24,000 bases of DNA from Spirulinaceae cyanobacterium (GCA_046541115.1 JBKHDX010000008.1:16370-40369), one strand, 5' to 3'; shown: positions 1-7,938, counted from the stretch's first letter. The notes: generated from the sequence alone by a model not told the origin. Numbers and translations are program-made.

Positions 1-1155
1 GGTCATTTAGTCGGCGATCGCTTGCTAATAGATGTAGCTCGTCGTTTAGAATCTTGTTTGCATCCCCTTGAAACTATCGCTCGTTTAGGGGGAGACGAAT
101 TTATTGTTTTACTCGAAGATGTCGATACAATCCAACAAGCGATTCAAACTGCTGAAAGCATCCAAAAAGCCTTCTCTAAACCCTTCCAAATTAACGAGCA
201 AGAAATCTATCTTAATGCTAGTATTGGCATTGTTCTAGCGTCTCACAAATATCAACAACCCGAACATATCTTGCGAGATGTTGATACAGCCATGTATCGA
301 GCCAAAGAATTAGGCAAAGGTCGCTACCAAGTCTTTGATTCTAATATGCACTACATGGTTATGGAGCGTTTGCAGCTTGAAAACGATTTGCGTCGCGCGA
401 TCTCTAGTCAAGAATTTTATGTTTGTTATCAACCCATTGTCAACCTTAACGCCCATGATTTATTCGGATTTGAAACTTTGGTGCGTTGGCAACATTCTCA
501 AAAAGGGACGATTTCTCCGAGTCAATTTATCCCCGTTGCTGAAGACACCGGTTTAATTCTTCCAATTGGCTTATGGGTGTTACAACAAGCTTGTCAACAA
601 CTCAAAATCTGGCAAGAGCAACTTTCGGCCCAGGATCTATGTATCAGCGTCAACTTATCCGTGAAACAGTTTTCCCAAAGAGATTTACTCGCTCATGTTG
701 ACAGCATTTTACATAATATTGGATTGAACGGTAGTAGCTTGAAACTAGAAATTACCGAAAGTGCCTTAATGGAAAATCGCACAACCGTCCAACAACTCTT
801 AACCCAATTAAAAGAACGTCATATTCTTCTCGGAATTGACGATTTTGGCACGGGATATTCCTCATTGAGTTATTTAAGTCGCTTTCCAGTGGATACTTTA
901 AAAATCGACCGTTCCTTTGTCAGTCAAATGTGTGAATCTCCAGAAAATCTAGAAATTGTGCAAGCGATTATTGCCCTCGCTCATAGTTTAGGGATGGTCG
1001 CGATCGCAGAAGGGATTGAAACTTTAGAACAACTGCAACAACTGCAAGCATTGGGCTGTGATTTTGGTCAGGGTTATTATTTTGCTAAACCCCTAGTCCT
1101 CGAAGATGCGACGCAATTTTTGGTGAATCATTTTGGGCAATCGGCTAACCAATAA
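1..1155 (+). CDS. GGDEF-EAL signalling protein (diguanylate cyclase / c-di-GMP phosphodiesterase), 5'-truncated by window edge
   Basis: Frame 1 is open from base 1 (GHLVGDRLL...), so the ORF-track Met at 22 is internal. An RLGGDEF motif is followed by EAL-domain signature residues in order: YQPIV, FETLVRW (ETL variant), SVNLS, LEITES, DDFGTGYSS, KIDRSF, AEGIET, GQGYYF. Stop TAA at 1153-1155. Confidence 0.9.
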   Translation, partial: GHLVGDRLLIDVARRLESCLHPLETIARLGGDEFIVLLEDVDTIQQAIQTAESIQKAFSKPFQINEQEIYLNASIGIVLASHKYQQPEHILRDVDTAMYRAKELGKGRYQVFDSNMHYMVMERLQLENDLRRAISSQEFYVCYQPIVNLNAHDLFGFETLVRWQHSQKGTISPSQFIPVAEDTGLILPIGLWVLQQACQQLKIWQEQLSAQDLCISVNLSVKQFSQRDLLAHVDSILHNIGLNGSSLKLEITESALMENRTTVQQLLTQLKERHILLGIDDFGTGYSSLSYLSRFPVDTLKIDRSFVSQMCESPENLEIVQAIIALAHSLGMVAIAEGIETLEQLQQLQALGCDFGQGYYFAKPLVLEDATQFLVNHFGQSANQ

Positions 1156-1169
1156 CCAATAACCAATAA
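1149..1169. repeat. (CCAATAA)x3 perfect heptamer tandem repeat filling the convergent gap between two genes
   Basis: Read directly: ccaataa ccaataa ccaataa. The first unit supplies the stop codon of the GGDEF-EAL gene. The minus-strand neighbour's stop begins at 1170. Confidence 0.95.
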
Positions 1170-1586
1170 CTACATTTGCCGAATAAACTCCAACGGCAAA
1201 CCATCGGCATCCGCCAAAAAAGCCACCTCATAGACGCGATCGCCAATCATTTGTTGTGTGGGTTCAAGTAGAACTTTCAGAGGGGTAGAAGCGGCAGATT
1301 CGTAGCGATCGCGAAACGTTTGCAACCAACTCCCCAAATCCGCAGTGCGATCGCTCAAATCGAAAGATAAATGATAATAGCCCGTGTAATGCTCATCTCC
1401 AAAGGCATCGGGAGGAGACTTCGGTTCCGGGATTTGAATTAACTCAATGCGTCCCCCCAACCCCTCCATCCAGCAAGCTAAAGTATAGCCCGTGGTAAAG
1501 CGATCGCACACCGTAAAACCCAGTAACTCATAAAACGCGATCGCCCGATGAATATCCGCCGTCCGAATCGACGCATGATGAAACAT
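1170..1586 (-). CDS. VOC (glyoxalase/bleomycin-resistance/dioxygenase) family protein
   Basis: 138-aa ORF. The N-terminus MFHHASIRTADIHRAIAFYELLGFTV and the later HLSF and E-rich C-terminal module fit the paired beta-alpha-beta-beta-beta VOC fold pattern. It lies 5 nt downstream of the preceding minus-strand gene. Confidence 0.8.
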   Translation of the reverse strand: MFHHASIRTADIHRAIAFYELLGFTVCDRFTTGYTLACWMEGLGGRIELIQIPEPKSPPDAFGDEHYTGYYHLSFDLSDRTADLGSWLQTFRDRYESAASTPLKVLLEPTQQMIGDRVYEVAFLADADGLPLEFIRQM

Positions 1587-1591
1587 AAACC

Positions 1592-2107
1592 TTACTCGAA
1601 CAACCGAAAATAGGGATAACGCACCGGAACCCCCGGTTCTTTTTCTAAATCAAAATTAATCACATCCCAACAGGAATTTTCTTCGGTGGGTTCCGGGCTA
1701 AAGGTCACAGGTAAGCCGTATAATCGCGGCAATTGGGACTCCGAAGCACTGCCTCGCCAAGGGGTACTGCGTTCGAGATAAGCACTCACCAAATCGCGAT
1801 AACGACTGGCAATAATCACTTTTGTAGCGCGATAACCTTGGGTATAGAGGCGATCGAGAGCTTCGTGAATTTCAAAGCGAATGCCGTCGGGGTGGGTATG
1901 CTGTCGATACCACTCCCCCTCCCAAAATCGCCAATGTCGTCCCGATTGCAAATGCACCAACTCGCGCGTTTTCGGGTCGGCTTCAAACGCACCGTGACGG
2001 GGACATAAATAAGTATCTGTTAATGTCAGTGCAGGAATCGTTTGGCGACAATGGGGGCATTTGATTTCTGCGCCAAAGATGGGATACTGCAAACCTGGGT
2101 TCATCAT
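1592..2107 (-). CDS. Conserved hypothetical protein with N-terminal CxxC...CPxH zinc-ribbon-like motif
   Basis: 171-aa ORF with no competing frame. It carries CPHC(x17)CPRH near the N-terminus. The sequence type recalls cyanobacteria-restricted hypotheticals, but I cannot name a family with certainty. Confidence 0.72.
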   Translation of the reverse strand: MMNPGLQYPIFGAEIKCPHCRQTIPALTLTDTYLCPRHGAFEADPKTRELVHLQSGRHWRFWEGEWYRQHTHPDGIRFEIHEALDRLYTQGYRATKVIIASRYRDLVSAYLERSTPWRGSASESQLPRLYGLPVTFSPEPTEENSCWDVINFDLEKEPGVPVRYPYFRLFE

Positions 2108-2174
2108 TAGGGATTCGTTGGGAGTACAGTCTGGTATTGACCAGCAGCAGTGGTTTTATTATATCGGTTAACAC

Positions 2175-2732
2175 TTGTTGCCATCGTTGTCTAGCCTGTT
2201 TTTACCAGAAAAAGTGACTCAAGAACCCTTTTATTCCCCAATTTCTTTAGCATTTCCCGACCTCTCGTTAGCCGCTTTCGTTGCGCCCAATGCTACGATT
2301 ATCGGCGATGTTACCCTCGCAACGGGAGTCAATATTTGGTACGGAGCCGTTGTGCGGGGTGATGTTGAAAAAATTGTCATTGGCGCACATAGTAACGTCC
2401 AAGATGGAGCCGTGATTCATGGCGATCCGGGTCAACCCACCCTGATTGAAGATTATGTCACCCTTGGCCATCGGGCTGTCGTGCATTCAGCGTATATTGA
2501 AAGCGGCTGTCTGATTGGTATTGGCGCGATCGTCCTCAATGGCGTGCGGGTGGGAACTGGGAGTATTATTGGGGCAGGCTGTGTGGTCACCAAAGATGTC
2601 CCGCCGCGATCGCTCATGGTAGGCATTCCAGCCAAACGCCTCAAAGAAGTTTCCGACTCCCAAGCCGCCGAACTGATCGAACACGCCAAACACTACGAAG
2701 AGTTGGCTTTGGCGCATTCTTCTTGCAGTTAA
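2175..2732 (+). CDS. Gamma-class carbonic anhydrase family / left-handed beta-helix (hexapeptide repeat) protein
   Basis: AFVAPNATIIGDVTL, WYGAVVRGD, IGAHSNVQDGAVIHGD, LGHRAVVHS and IGIGAIVLNGVRVG show hexapeptide periodicity with a His pattern like the gamma-CA/YrdA zinc ligands. No ATG start exists. TTG at 2175 is the ORF-track start and GTG at 2214 is an alternative, so the start is uncertain. Confidence 0.85.
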   Translation: MLPSLSSLFLPEKVTQEPFYSPISLAFPDLSLAAFVAPNATIIGDVTLATGVNIWYGAVVRGDVEKIVIGAHSNVQDGAVIHGDPGQPTLIEDYVTLGHRAVVHSAYIESGCLIGIGAIVLNGVRVGTGSIIGAGCVVTKDVPPRSLMVGIPAKRLKEVSDSQAAELIEHAKHYEELALAHSSCS

Positions 2733-2788
2733 CAGTCAACAGTCATCAGCATCTAAGGGGCAGTAGGCAGTGGGCAGTGGGCAGTAGG
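2726..2788. repeat. Heptamer tandem arrays: (CAGTNAN)x4 at 2726-2753, TAAGGGG linker, (CAGTRGG)x4 at 2761-2788
   Basis: Read directly: cagttaa cagtcaa cagtcat cagcatc taagggg cagtagg cagtggg cagtggg cagtagg. The array begins inside the last codons and stop of the upstream gene. Confidence 0.9.
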
Positions 2789-2916
2789 GGGGGAGTTGAA
2801 TTCTACCCCAGAAAGAAAGTCAGAAACTTTGGCCTAGAAAGTAGACTCTCGAAAAGGCTCAAAGCTATAATTTATAAAGGTTTCAGCCTCAAAAAGTAAA
2901 ATTAAGTTTCTGGAGA

Positions 2917-3067
2917 GTTATCAGTCATCGCCTCATCAGTGTTTTGGGGAGTGGGGGAAAAATTACCAATTACCAGTGACCAATTACCAATTAAGAAAGT
3001 TGGAAAATCTATTCCCTGTTCCCTACCAATAACCAATAACCAATAACAAACAACAAACAACAAAATT
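2917..3067. repeat. Heptamer tandem arrays: degenerate TCATCAG units at 2918-2939; (ATTACCA/GTGACCA)x4 at 2962-2989; (CCAATAA)x3 at 3026-3046; (CAAACAA)x2-3 at 3047-3067
   Basis: Read directly from the sequence. The last degenerate unit overlaps the stop codon (3066-3068, minus strand) of the 84-codon ORF. Confidence 0.85.
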
Positions 3068-3320
3068 ACATTGTCGCCGTTGCCATCAGGGTTAAATCCG
3101 TCATGCGCCATTCCGCAAAAAGTTGGTCAAAAAGTTCTTGAGTGGCACTGCTCATATCGCCATCAGGGGCAACTACCCCACCGGGAATAAACGTGCCGCG
3201 ATCGCTCACAAAATTCAAGTGTAACGCCCCGTTTTCATCCGGTTGGACATACAACCGCCCCCTCGCTAAAACTTGTCCGGCTCGACTTGAAATTGCACAA
3301 CGCATGAATTTTCGATCCAT
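3066..3320 (-). CDS. Hypothetical small protein (84 aa; possibly starting at the second Met, 79 aa)
   Basis: The ORF has a non-repetitive, globular-looking sequence (RGRLYVQPDENGALHLNFVSDRGTFIPGGVVAPDGD...) and contains a HIP1 site like neighbouring genes. I saw no clear Shine-Dalgarno and recognised no family. It is bracketed by heptamer arrays. Confidence 0.5.
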   Translation of the reverse strand: MDRKFMRCAISSRAGQVLARGRLYVQPDENGALHLNFVSDRGTFIPGGVVAPDGDMSSATQELFDQLFAEWRMTDLTLMATATM

Positions 3321-3352
3321 AATTTAGTCCGTTGATTATCTTACGCGATTGA

Positions 3353-3427
3353 GGGGCAGCTTTTTCAGTTATCAGTTATCAGTCATCAGTCATCAGTTTT
3401 GGGTAACCAATAACCAATAACCAGTAA
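3353..3427. repeat. Composite heptamer element: GGGGCAGCTTTTT, (CAGTYAT)x4 at 3366-3393, CAGTTTTGGGTAA, (CCARTAA)x3 at 3407-3427
   Basis: Read directly. It lies in the divergent spacer between the 84-codon ORF and pdxJ. Confidence 0.9.
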
Positions 3428-3465
3428 TATAGAAAATCGATCGCTTAACTCAGGAGAAAGTTATT

Positions 3466-4188
3466 TTGCTGACCTTGGGTGTCAATATTGACCACACCGC
3501 CACCATTCGCCAAGCCCGTCGTACTGTCGAACCCGACCCCGTAGCCGCCGCCGTCCTGGCGGAATTAGGGGGGGCCGATGGCATTACCGTTCATTTGCGC
3601 GAAGACCGCCGCCATATTCAAGACCGGGATGTGCGATTATTGCGGGAAACGGTGCGATCGCATCTCAACCTCGAAATGGCTCCAACTGAAGAAATGGTGA
3701 CCATTGCCCTCGATATTAAACCCGATTATGTCACCCTTGTTCCCGAACGGCGCGAGGAAGTCACTACCGAAGGCGGTTTAAATCTGCTCAGCGACTTACC
3801 CCGCTACACCCACATAGTCGATCGCCTCCAAAGTGCCGGGATTCCGGTAAGCTGGTTTATTGATGCCGATGGCGAGCAAATTCAGGCCGCGGCTCAAACC
3901 CAGGCTAAATTCATCGAACTACACACCGGGCGTTATGCCGAAGCGACGACAGAAAAAGAACGGCAAAAGGAACTCGAAATCCTTAAACAAGGTGCAGCGA
4001 AAGCCCTTTCTTTGTCGTTACGGGTGAATGCGGGTCACGGTTTGACTTATTGGAATGTGTATCCCGTGGCTTGTATTGAGGGGATGGAAGAACTTAATAT
4101 CGGTCACACCATTATTAGCCGTGCCGTATTAGTGGGAATCGAAAGAGCCGTCCGGGAGATGAAGTTAGCGATGCGCGGTCAATTGTAA
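3466..4188 (+). CDS. pdxJ: Pyridoxine 5'-phosphate synthase
   Basis: The N-terminus [15 protein letters not shown]...EPDP and [14 protein letters not shown], plus NLEMA and GHGL, are characteristic PdxJ motifs. TTG start at 3466 is preceded by AGGAGA at 3452-3457. Confidence 0.92.
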   Translation: MLTLGVNIDHTATIRQARRTVEPDPVAAAVLAELGGADGITVHLREDRRHIQDRDVRLLRETVRSHLNLEMAPTEEMVTIALDIKPDYVTLVPERREEVTTEGGLNLLSDLPRYTHIVDRLQSAGIPVSWFIDADGEQIQAAAQTQAKFIELHTGRYAEATTEKERQKELEILKQGAAKALSLSLRVNAGHGLTYWNVYPVACIEGMEELNIGHTIISRAVLVGIERAVREMKLAMRGQL

Positions 4189-4230
4189 AGAAGTTAACCA
4201 ATGCGATCGCATAAAGTAACTTCTAGTTTT
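4189..4230 (+). terminator. Candidate pdxJ terminator hairpin
   Basis: AGAAGTTA (4189-4196) pairs with TAACTTCT (4217-4224). The 20-nt loop contains the 12-nt palindrome ATGCGATCGCAT. AGTTTTATAG follows. Confidence 0.4.
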
Positions 4231-4274
4231 ATAGTTATTTTCTGTGCCGATTGTTCACTCTGACAAAATTAGCA

Positions 4275-4604
4275 ATGACAACCTACTATTACATTCTGGC
4301 CAGCCAACACTTTTTACTCGAAGAAGAACCCCTCGACGAAGTTTTAAAAGAGCGGGTTCGCTATTACCAAGAAAAAGGCCAAGAAATTGATTTTTGGTTA
4401 GTGAAACAACCCGCTTTCCTCGAAGCCCCGGCTATGGCTGAGGCTAAAGCCAAATGCCCGCAACCCGCCGCCGCCATCATTAGCACCAACGAGCAGTTTA
4501 TTACTTGGCTGAAGTTGCGTTTAGAATACGTCCTCAAAGGTCAGTTTGAAGCCCCTTCAGACTCCATTTCCGATCCTTTAGCTTCCTTGGAAACGGTCGC
4601 TTAA
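4275..4604 (+). CDS. ycf54: Ycf54 (DUF2488), Mg-protoporphyrin IX monomethyl ester cyclase assembly/accessory factor
   Basis: MTTYYYILASQHFLLEEEPLDEVLKER...IDFWLV.QPAFL...LRLEYVL.G.FEAPS closely matches my memory of Synechocystis Ycf54 (Slr1780). The ORF track extends to TTG at 4251. I prefer ATG at 4275 because homologues begin at M(A/T)TYYY. Confidence 0.8.
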   Translation: MTTYYYILASQHFLLEEEPLDEVLKERVRYYQEKGQEIDFWLVKQPAFLEAPAMAEAKAKCPQPAAAIISTNEQFITWLKLRLEYVLKGQFEAPSDSISDPLASLETVA

Positions 4605-4620
4605 TCGCCCCCAAAATCTT

Positions 4621-5256
4621 ATGTTTGTTCCCCGCCGCTTTGGATTTTTGGTGTGTCTCGCTTTCCTCGGTATGGGGTGGAGTGGCAATGCTCGTCCCGC
4701 CGTCGCCCAAAATAATGATTGTGCGCCGCCGCAACCGGGAGAATATATCTTGTTGGTCTTAACGGAAACTGAAGCGTCTCAACGGTTATTACAGCGCAGC
4801 CTGCCCGAAAATACCCCGACGACGGTCTGCCGTTATTTAGGGGACTCGGTGACCCGCGTGGGGGGCTTTCAGACCCTAGCGGTGGCGGACAACTGGGGAC
4901 GCTTTTCCCGGGAAATTGTGGGGTTGTATGCGGTGGTTGTCGAGTCGGCGGGGGCGACAACCCCACCGCCATTAAGTCAAAGTGTGACTTATGCCCCCCG
5001 TCCTTTGGGGGAAGGTTATGCGGTGTTGGTAGACTTTTTCAATCAACCGGAAATTGCCGCCGAAGTGCAGCAAACGGTGGGGCAGAATGTGGGGTTAGCG
5101 TCGTATTTTTCGCGACCCTATTTACTGGCCCTTTATACCCCAGACGAAGCGATCGCCAATCGCACCTTAAGACAATTGAGCGATCGCGGTTTTGGGGCGG
5201 TGATGGTGGATAGCCGTCAGGTAATCTTGCTTTCTCCGAGGGTGAATTACCCGTAG
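4621..5256 (+). CDS. Secreted protein with two SPOR-like (beta-alpha-beta-beta-alpha-beta) repeats
   Basis: The N-terminal signal-peptide-like segment is MFVPRRFGFLVCLAFLGMGWSGNARPAVAQ. Two internally similar ~70-aa modules follow (GEYILLVL...LYAVVVES and EGYAVLVD...FGAVMVDS), separated by a TTPPP linker. The SPOR assignment is by pattern only. Confidence 0.7.
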   Translation: MFVPRRFGFLVCLAFLGMGWSGNARPAVAQNNDCAPPQPGEYILLVLTETEASQRLLQRSLPENTPTTVCRYLGDSVTRVGGFQTLAVADNWGRFSREIVGLYAVVVESAGATTPPPLSQSVTYAPRPLGEGYAVLVDFFNQPEIAAEVQQTVGQNVGLASYFSRPYLLALYTPDEAIANRTLRQLSDRGFGAVMVDSRQVILLSPRVNYP

Positions 5257-5708
5257 AAGGTATAACCGGCAAACATCGAGATACCAATGCCTAACATTAA
5301 CCCCACTAACACCTGAAAAGGGGTGTGACCAATTAATTCTTTAAGTCGCTCCTCAGTGACGGCTATATCTTCGTGGAACATTTCATCGATGATTTGGTTG
5401 AGAATTTTTGCTTGTTTGCCCGCCGCTTGACGCACGCCTGCTGCATCGTACATGACGATAATGGCAAATAAACAAGCGATCGCGAATTCCGAACTGCTCC
5501 AACCGCGAGTTTGTCCGACTCCCGTGGCCAATGCCGAAACCAAAGCCGAATGAGCGCTCGGCATTCCCCCGGTACTCACGAGCGATCGCAAATTCACTTT
5601 ACCGTTTTTAACAACCTCGACAATCAGTTTAATCGATTGAGCGGTGAGACAAGCAATAGTCGCAACCAGCAGCACCTGATTGTGAAAAATATCGCCAAAG
5701 TCCTGCAT
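5247..5708 (-). CDS. Divergent PAP2 / acid phosphatase-vanadium haloperoxidase-related membrane protein (DUF212)
   Basis: GGMPSAHSA, MYDAAGVRQAAGKQA and GHTP.QV motifs are typical of DUF212, and the protein has four hydrophobic segments. Its 3' end overlaps the convergent upstream gene by 10 nt. Confidence 0.85.
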   Translation of the reverse strand: MQDFGDIFHNQVLLVATIACLTAQSIKLIVEVVKNGKVNLRSLVSTGGMPSAHSALVSALATGVGQTRGWSSSEFAIACLFAIIVMYDAAGVRQAAGKQAKILNQIIDEMFHEDIAVTEERLKELIGHTPFQVLVGLMLGIGISMFAGYTFYG

Positions 5709-5778
5709 GGTAGTCTGTGTTTGTTGTAAATTGAATCAAAAAAGAGGATTGAGTAATAATGGACAAATTCAGATGAGT

Positions 5779-6708
5779 TTAGTGAGTGCGCGAACAAATA
5801 TAACCCGCGATCGCCATTAACGGCTCGGCGCGATCCCCATAGGGTTCTAATGCCGATATCGCCTTTTCAATCAAGCGATGCGCTTGTTGCTTTGATGCTT
5901 CTAACCCCAAAAGACTGGGAAACGTTGATTTTTGCGCTTGCAAATCTTTTCCTGCCGTTTTCCCTAACTCCTCTGTACTTGCCGTAACATCTAAAATATC
6001 ATCGACGATCTGAAAAGCCAGGCCAATATTCTGGGCATAAGAGGATAATTTTTGTAAATCTTCGGCTTGCGCTCCTCCCAAAATCGCCCCGGACACCACA
6101 CAAGCTTCGAGCAACGCCCCGGTTTTGTGAGAATGAATAAAATTCAGGGTTTCTAAAGAAATATCCGTTTTGCCCTCAGATTCTAAATCAATCGTCTGCC
6201 CCCCCACTAATCCGGCAGCTCCCACGGCTCTGCCCAAATGAGCCACCACCTGCAAAACCCTCTCGGGGGGAACATCCTGGGTATGAACCGCGACATATTC
6301 AAACCCATAAGCCAATAAGCCATCACCGGCCAAAATGGCAATATCCTCGCCATAAACTTTGTGATTGGTTAACTTTCCCCGACGATAATCATCATTGTCC
6401 ATTGCGGGCAGATCGTCGTGAATCAAGGACATGGTGTGGATCATCTCCAAGGCACAAGCCGTGGGCATTGCGGTTTCGGGGGTTCCCCCCAATAACTCAC
6501 AAGCGGCCAAACACAGAATCGGTCGCAACCGCTTACCCCCTGCCAATAACGAATAGCGCATGGCTTCGTAAATTTTTTCTGGGGCAACAATCGGCAGCGA
6601 ACGATCTAAAGCGTCTTCAACAAGTTTTTGGCGTTGTTGTAAGTACGCGGTTAAGTCAAATTGCGAAGGTGTTAGATTAGTCGCAATGCTACGGTCTACT
6701 GATACCAT
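5779..6708 (-). CDS. crtE: Geranylgeranyl diphosphate synthase (polyprenyl synthetase family)
   Basis: The first Asp-rich motif is [18 protein letters not shown] and the second is FQIVDDILD. The GKRLRP motif and the 309-aa length are typical of cyanobacterial CrtE. Confidence 0.87.
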   Translation of the reverse strand: MVSVDRSIATNLTPSQFDLTAYLQQRQKLVEDALDRSLPIVAPEKIYEAMRYSLLAGGKRLRPILCLAACELLGGTPETAMPTACALEMIHTMSLIHDDLPAMDNDDYRRGKLTNHKVYGEDIAILAGDGLLAYGFEYVAVHTQDVPPERVLQVVAHLGRAVGAAGLVGGQTIDLESEGKTDISLETLNFIHSHKTGALLEACVVSGAILGGAQAEDLQKLSSYAQNIGLAFQIVDDILDVTASTEELGKTAGKDLQAQKSTFPSLLGLEASKQQAHRLIEKAISALEPYGDRAEPLMAIAGYICSRTH

Positions 6709-7020
6709 GCCTTGATTGAGTGTGAACCAAAATGTTGCTCTAGTGACATACTCTCACGCTGAATCAAAGATTACACTGTGAGCTTCTCACCAACTCCAGC
6801 GATTGCTTTGGATACCACGGTGAGCTTTATTGACGATACGGGATGTCCCTCCGCACCGGAACAAGACAAGAATAATGTTCTGTACTTGTACGCGAAGCGA
6901 TTAGTTATTAATTCGCTTTAATCTGTACTTATGTGATTGTAGTGCGTTTGAATCGCAATATCAATTGATTTCTATCGCTGAACCTCAAAGGCGATTTATT
7001 CCCTCCTTAGAGCGCCGGGC

Positions 7021-7890
7021 TTACTGCTGATGGGTGCGGCAATAACTTTCGACAGTATTATTTAACAACATTGCCACCGTCATCGGGCCGACCCCCCCAG
7101 GCACAGGGGTAATATAACTCGCAACCGACGCAACCCCATCAAAATCCACATCCCCGACTAAACGGGAACTCCCCGACTTATCCGTAACGCGATTAATTCC
7201 CACATCAATCACAACGGCACCGGGTTTAACCATATCGGCGGTAATCATTTGCGGTCGGCCCACAGCAGCGATGAGAATATCGGCATTGCGGGCGATCGCG
7301 CTCAAATTTTGAGACCGCGAATGGGCAATGGTCACTGTCGCATTGGCTTCAAGCAACATCAACGCCAACGGTTTCCCCACCAAAATACTGCGACCAATCA
7401 CCACCGCATTTTTACCCGTCAGGTCGAGTTGGGCCTGTTGCAGTAAGCGCATTACCCCCGCCGGAGTACAACTGCGCAAACCCGGTTCCCCCCGCAATAA
7501 ACGCCCTAAATTCACCGGATGTAAGCCATCTGCATCTTTATCCGGGTGGATTTGGTTGAGCAGAGCCACCGAATCCAAACCATCGGGGAGGGGCAGTTGG
7601 ACGAGAATGCCGTCAACCTCTGGGTTTTGGTTGCATTCTTGAATGATTTTGGCCAGGTCAGCTTGGGGGGTATTTGTCGGCAGTTGTTGGCCAAAACTGG
7701 CGATGCCTACTCTAGCACAGGCTCGCTCTTTGTTCCGGACATAAGCCGCACTTGCCGGATTATCGCCGACCATAATCACCGCCAAACCAGGAGGACGGCC
7801 CATTTGACCTTGTACGGTTGTGATTTGCTGTTTGAGGTCTTCTTGGATCGTTTGAGCCAGGGCTTTACCGTTGAGAATTTGGGCAGACAT
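7021..7890 (-). CDS. folD: Bifunctional methylenetetrahydrofolate dehydrogenase / methenyltetrahydrofolate cyclohydrolase
   Basis: [55 protein letters not shown] and [12 protein letters not shown] are canonical FolD motifs. Confidence 0.93.
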   Translation of the reverse strand: MSAQILNGKALAQTIQEDLKQQITTVQGQMGRPPGLAVIMVGDNPASAAYVRNKERACARVGIASFGQQLPTNTPQADLAKIIQECNQNPEVDGILVQLPLPDGLDSVALLNQIHPDKDADGLHPVNLGRLLRGEPGLRSCTPAGVMRLLQQAQLDLTGKNAVVIGRSILVGKPLALMLLEANATVTIAHSRSQNLSAIARNADILIAAVGRPQMITADMVKPGAVVIDVGINRVTDKSGSSRLVGDVDFDGVASVASYITPVPGGVGPMTVAMLLNNTVESYCRTHQQ

Positions 7891-7938
7891 TTGTAAATGA
7901 GGGTTTGTGGGTTAGGGCTGACGGGGTTTTAACCATGA

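Noticed and set aside
2902-3111. A 69-aa minus-strand ORF.
   Set aside because: It is composed almost entirely of translated heptamer repeats (LLVIGNWSLVIGN..., VVCYWLLVIG) and overlaps the better 3066-3320 ORF in another frame.
2726-3427. The possibility that the repeat clusters are a CRISPR array.
   Set aside because: The units are 7 nt and directly tandem with no spacers. There are no cas genes and no 25-40-nt repeat periodicity.
6870-6940. A possible NtcA-type site (GTA-N8-TAC) among the GTAC-rich repeats upstream of crtE.
   Set aside because: I checked each GTA in the segment, and none is followed by TAC after 8 nt.
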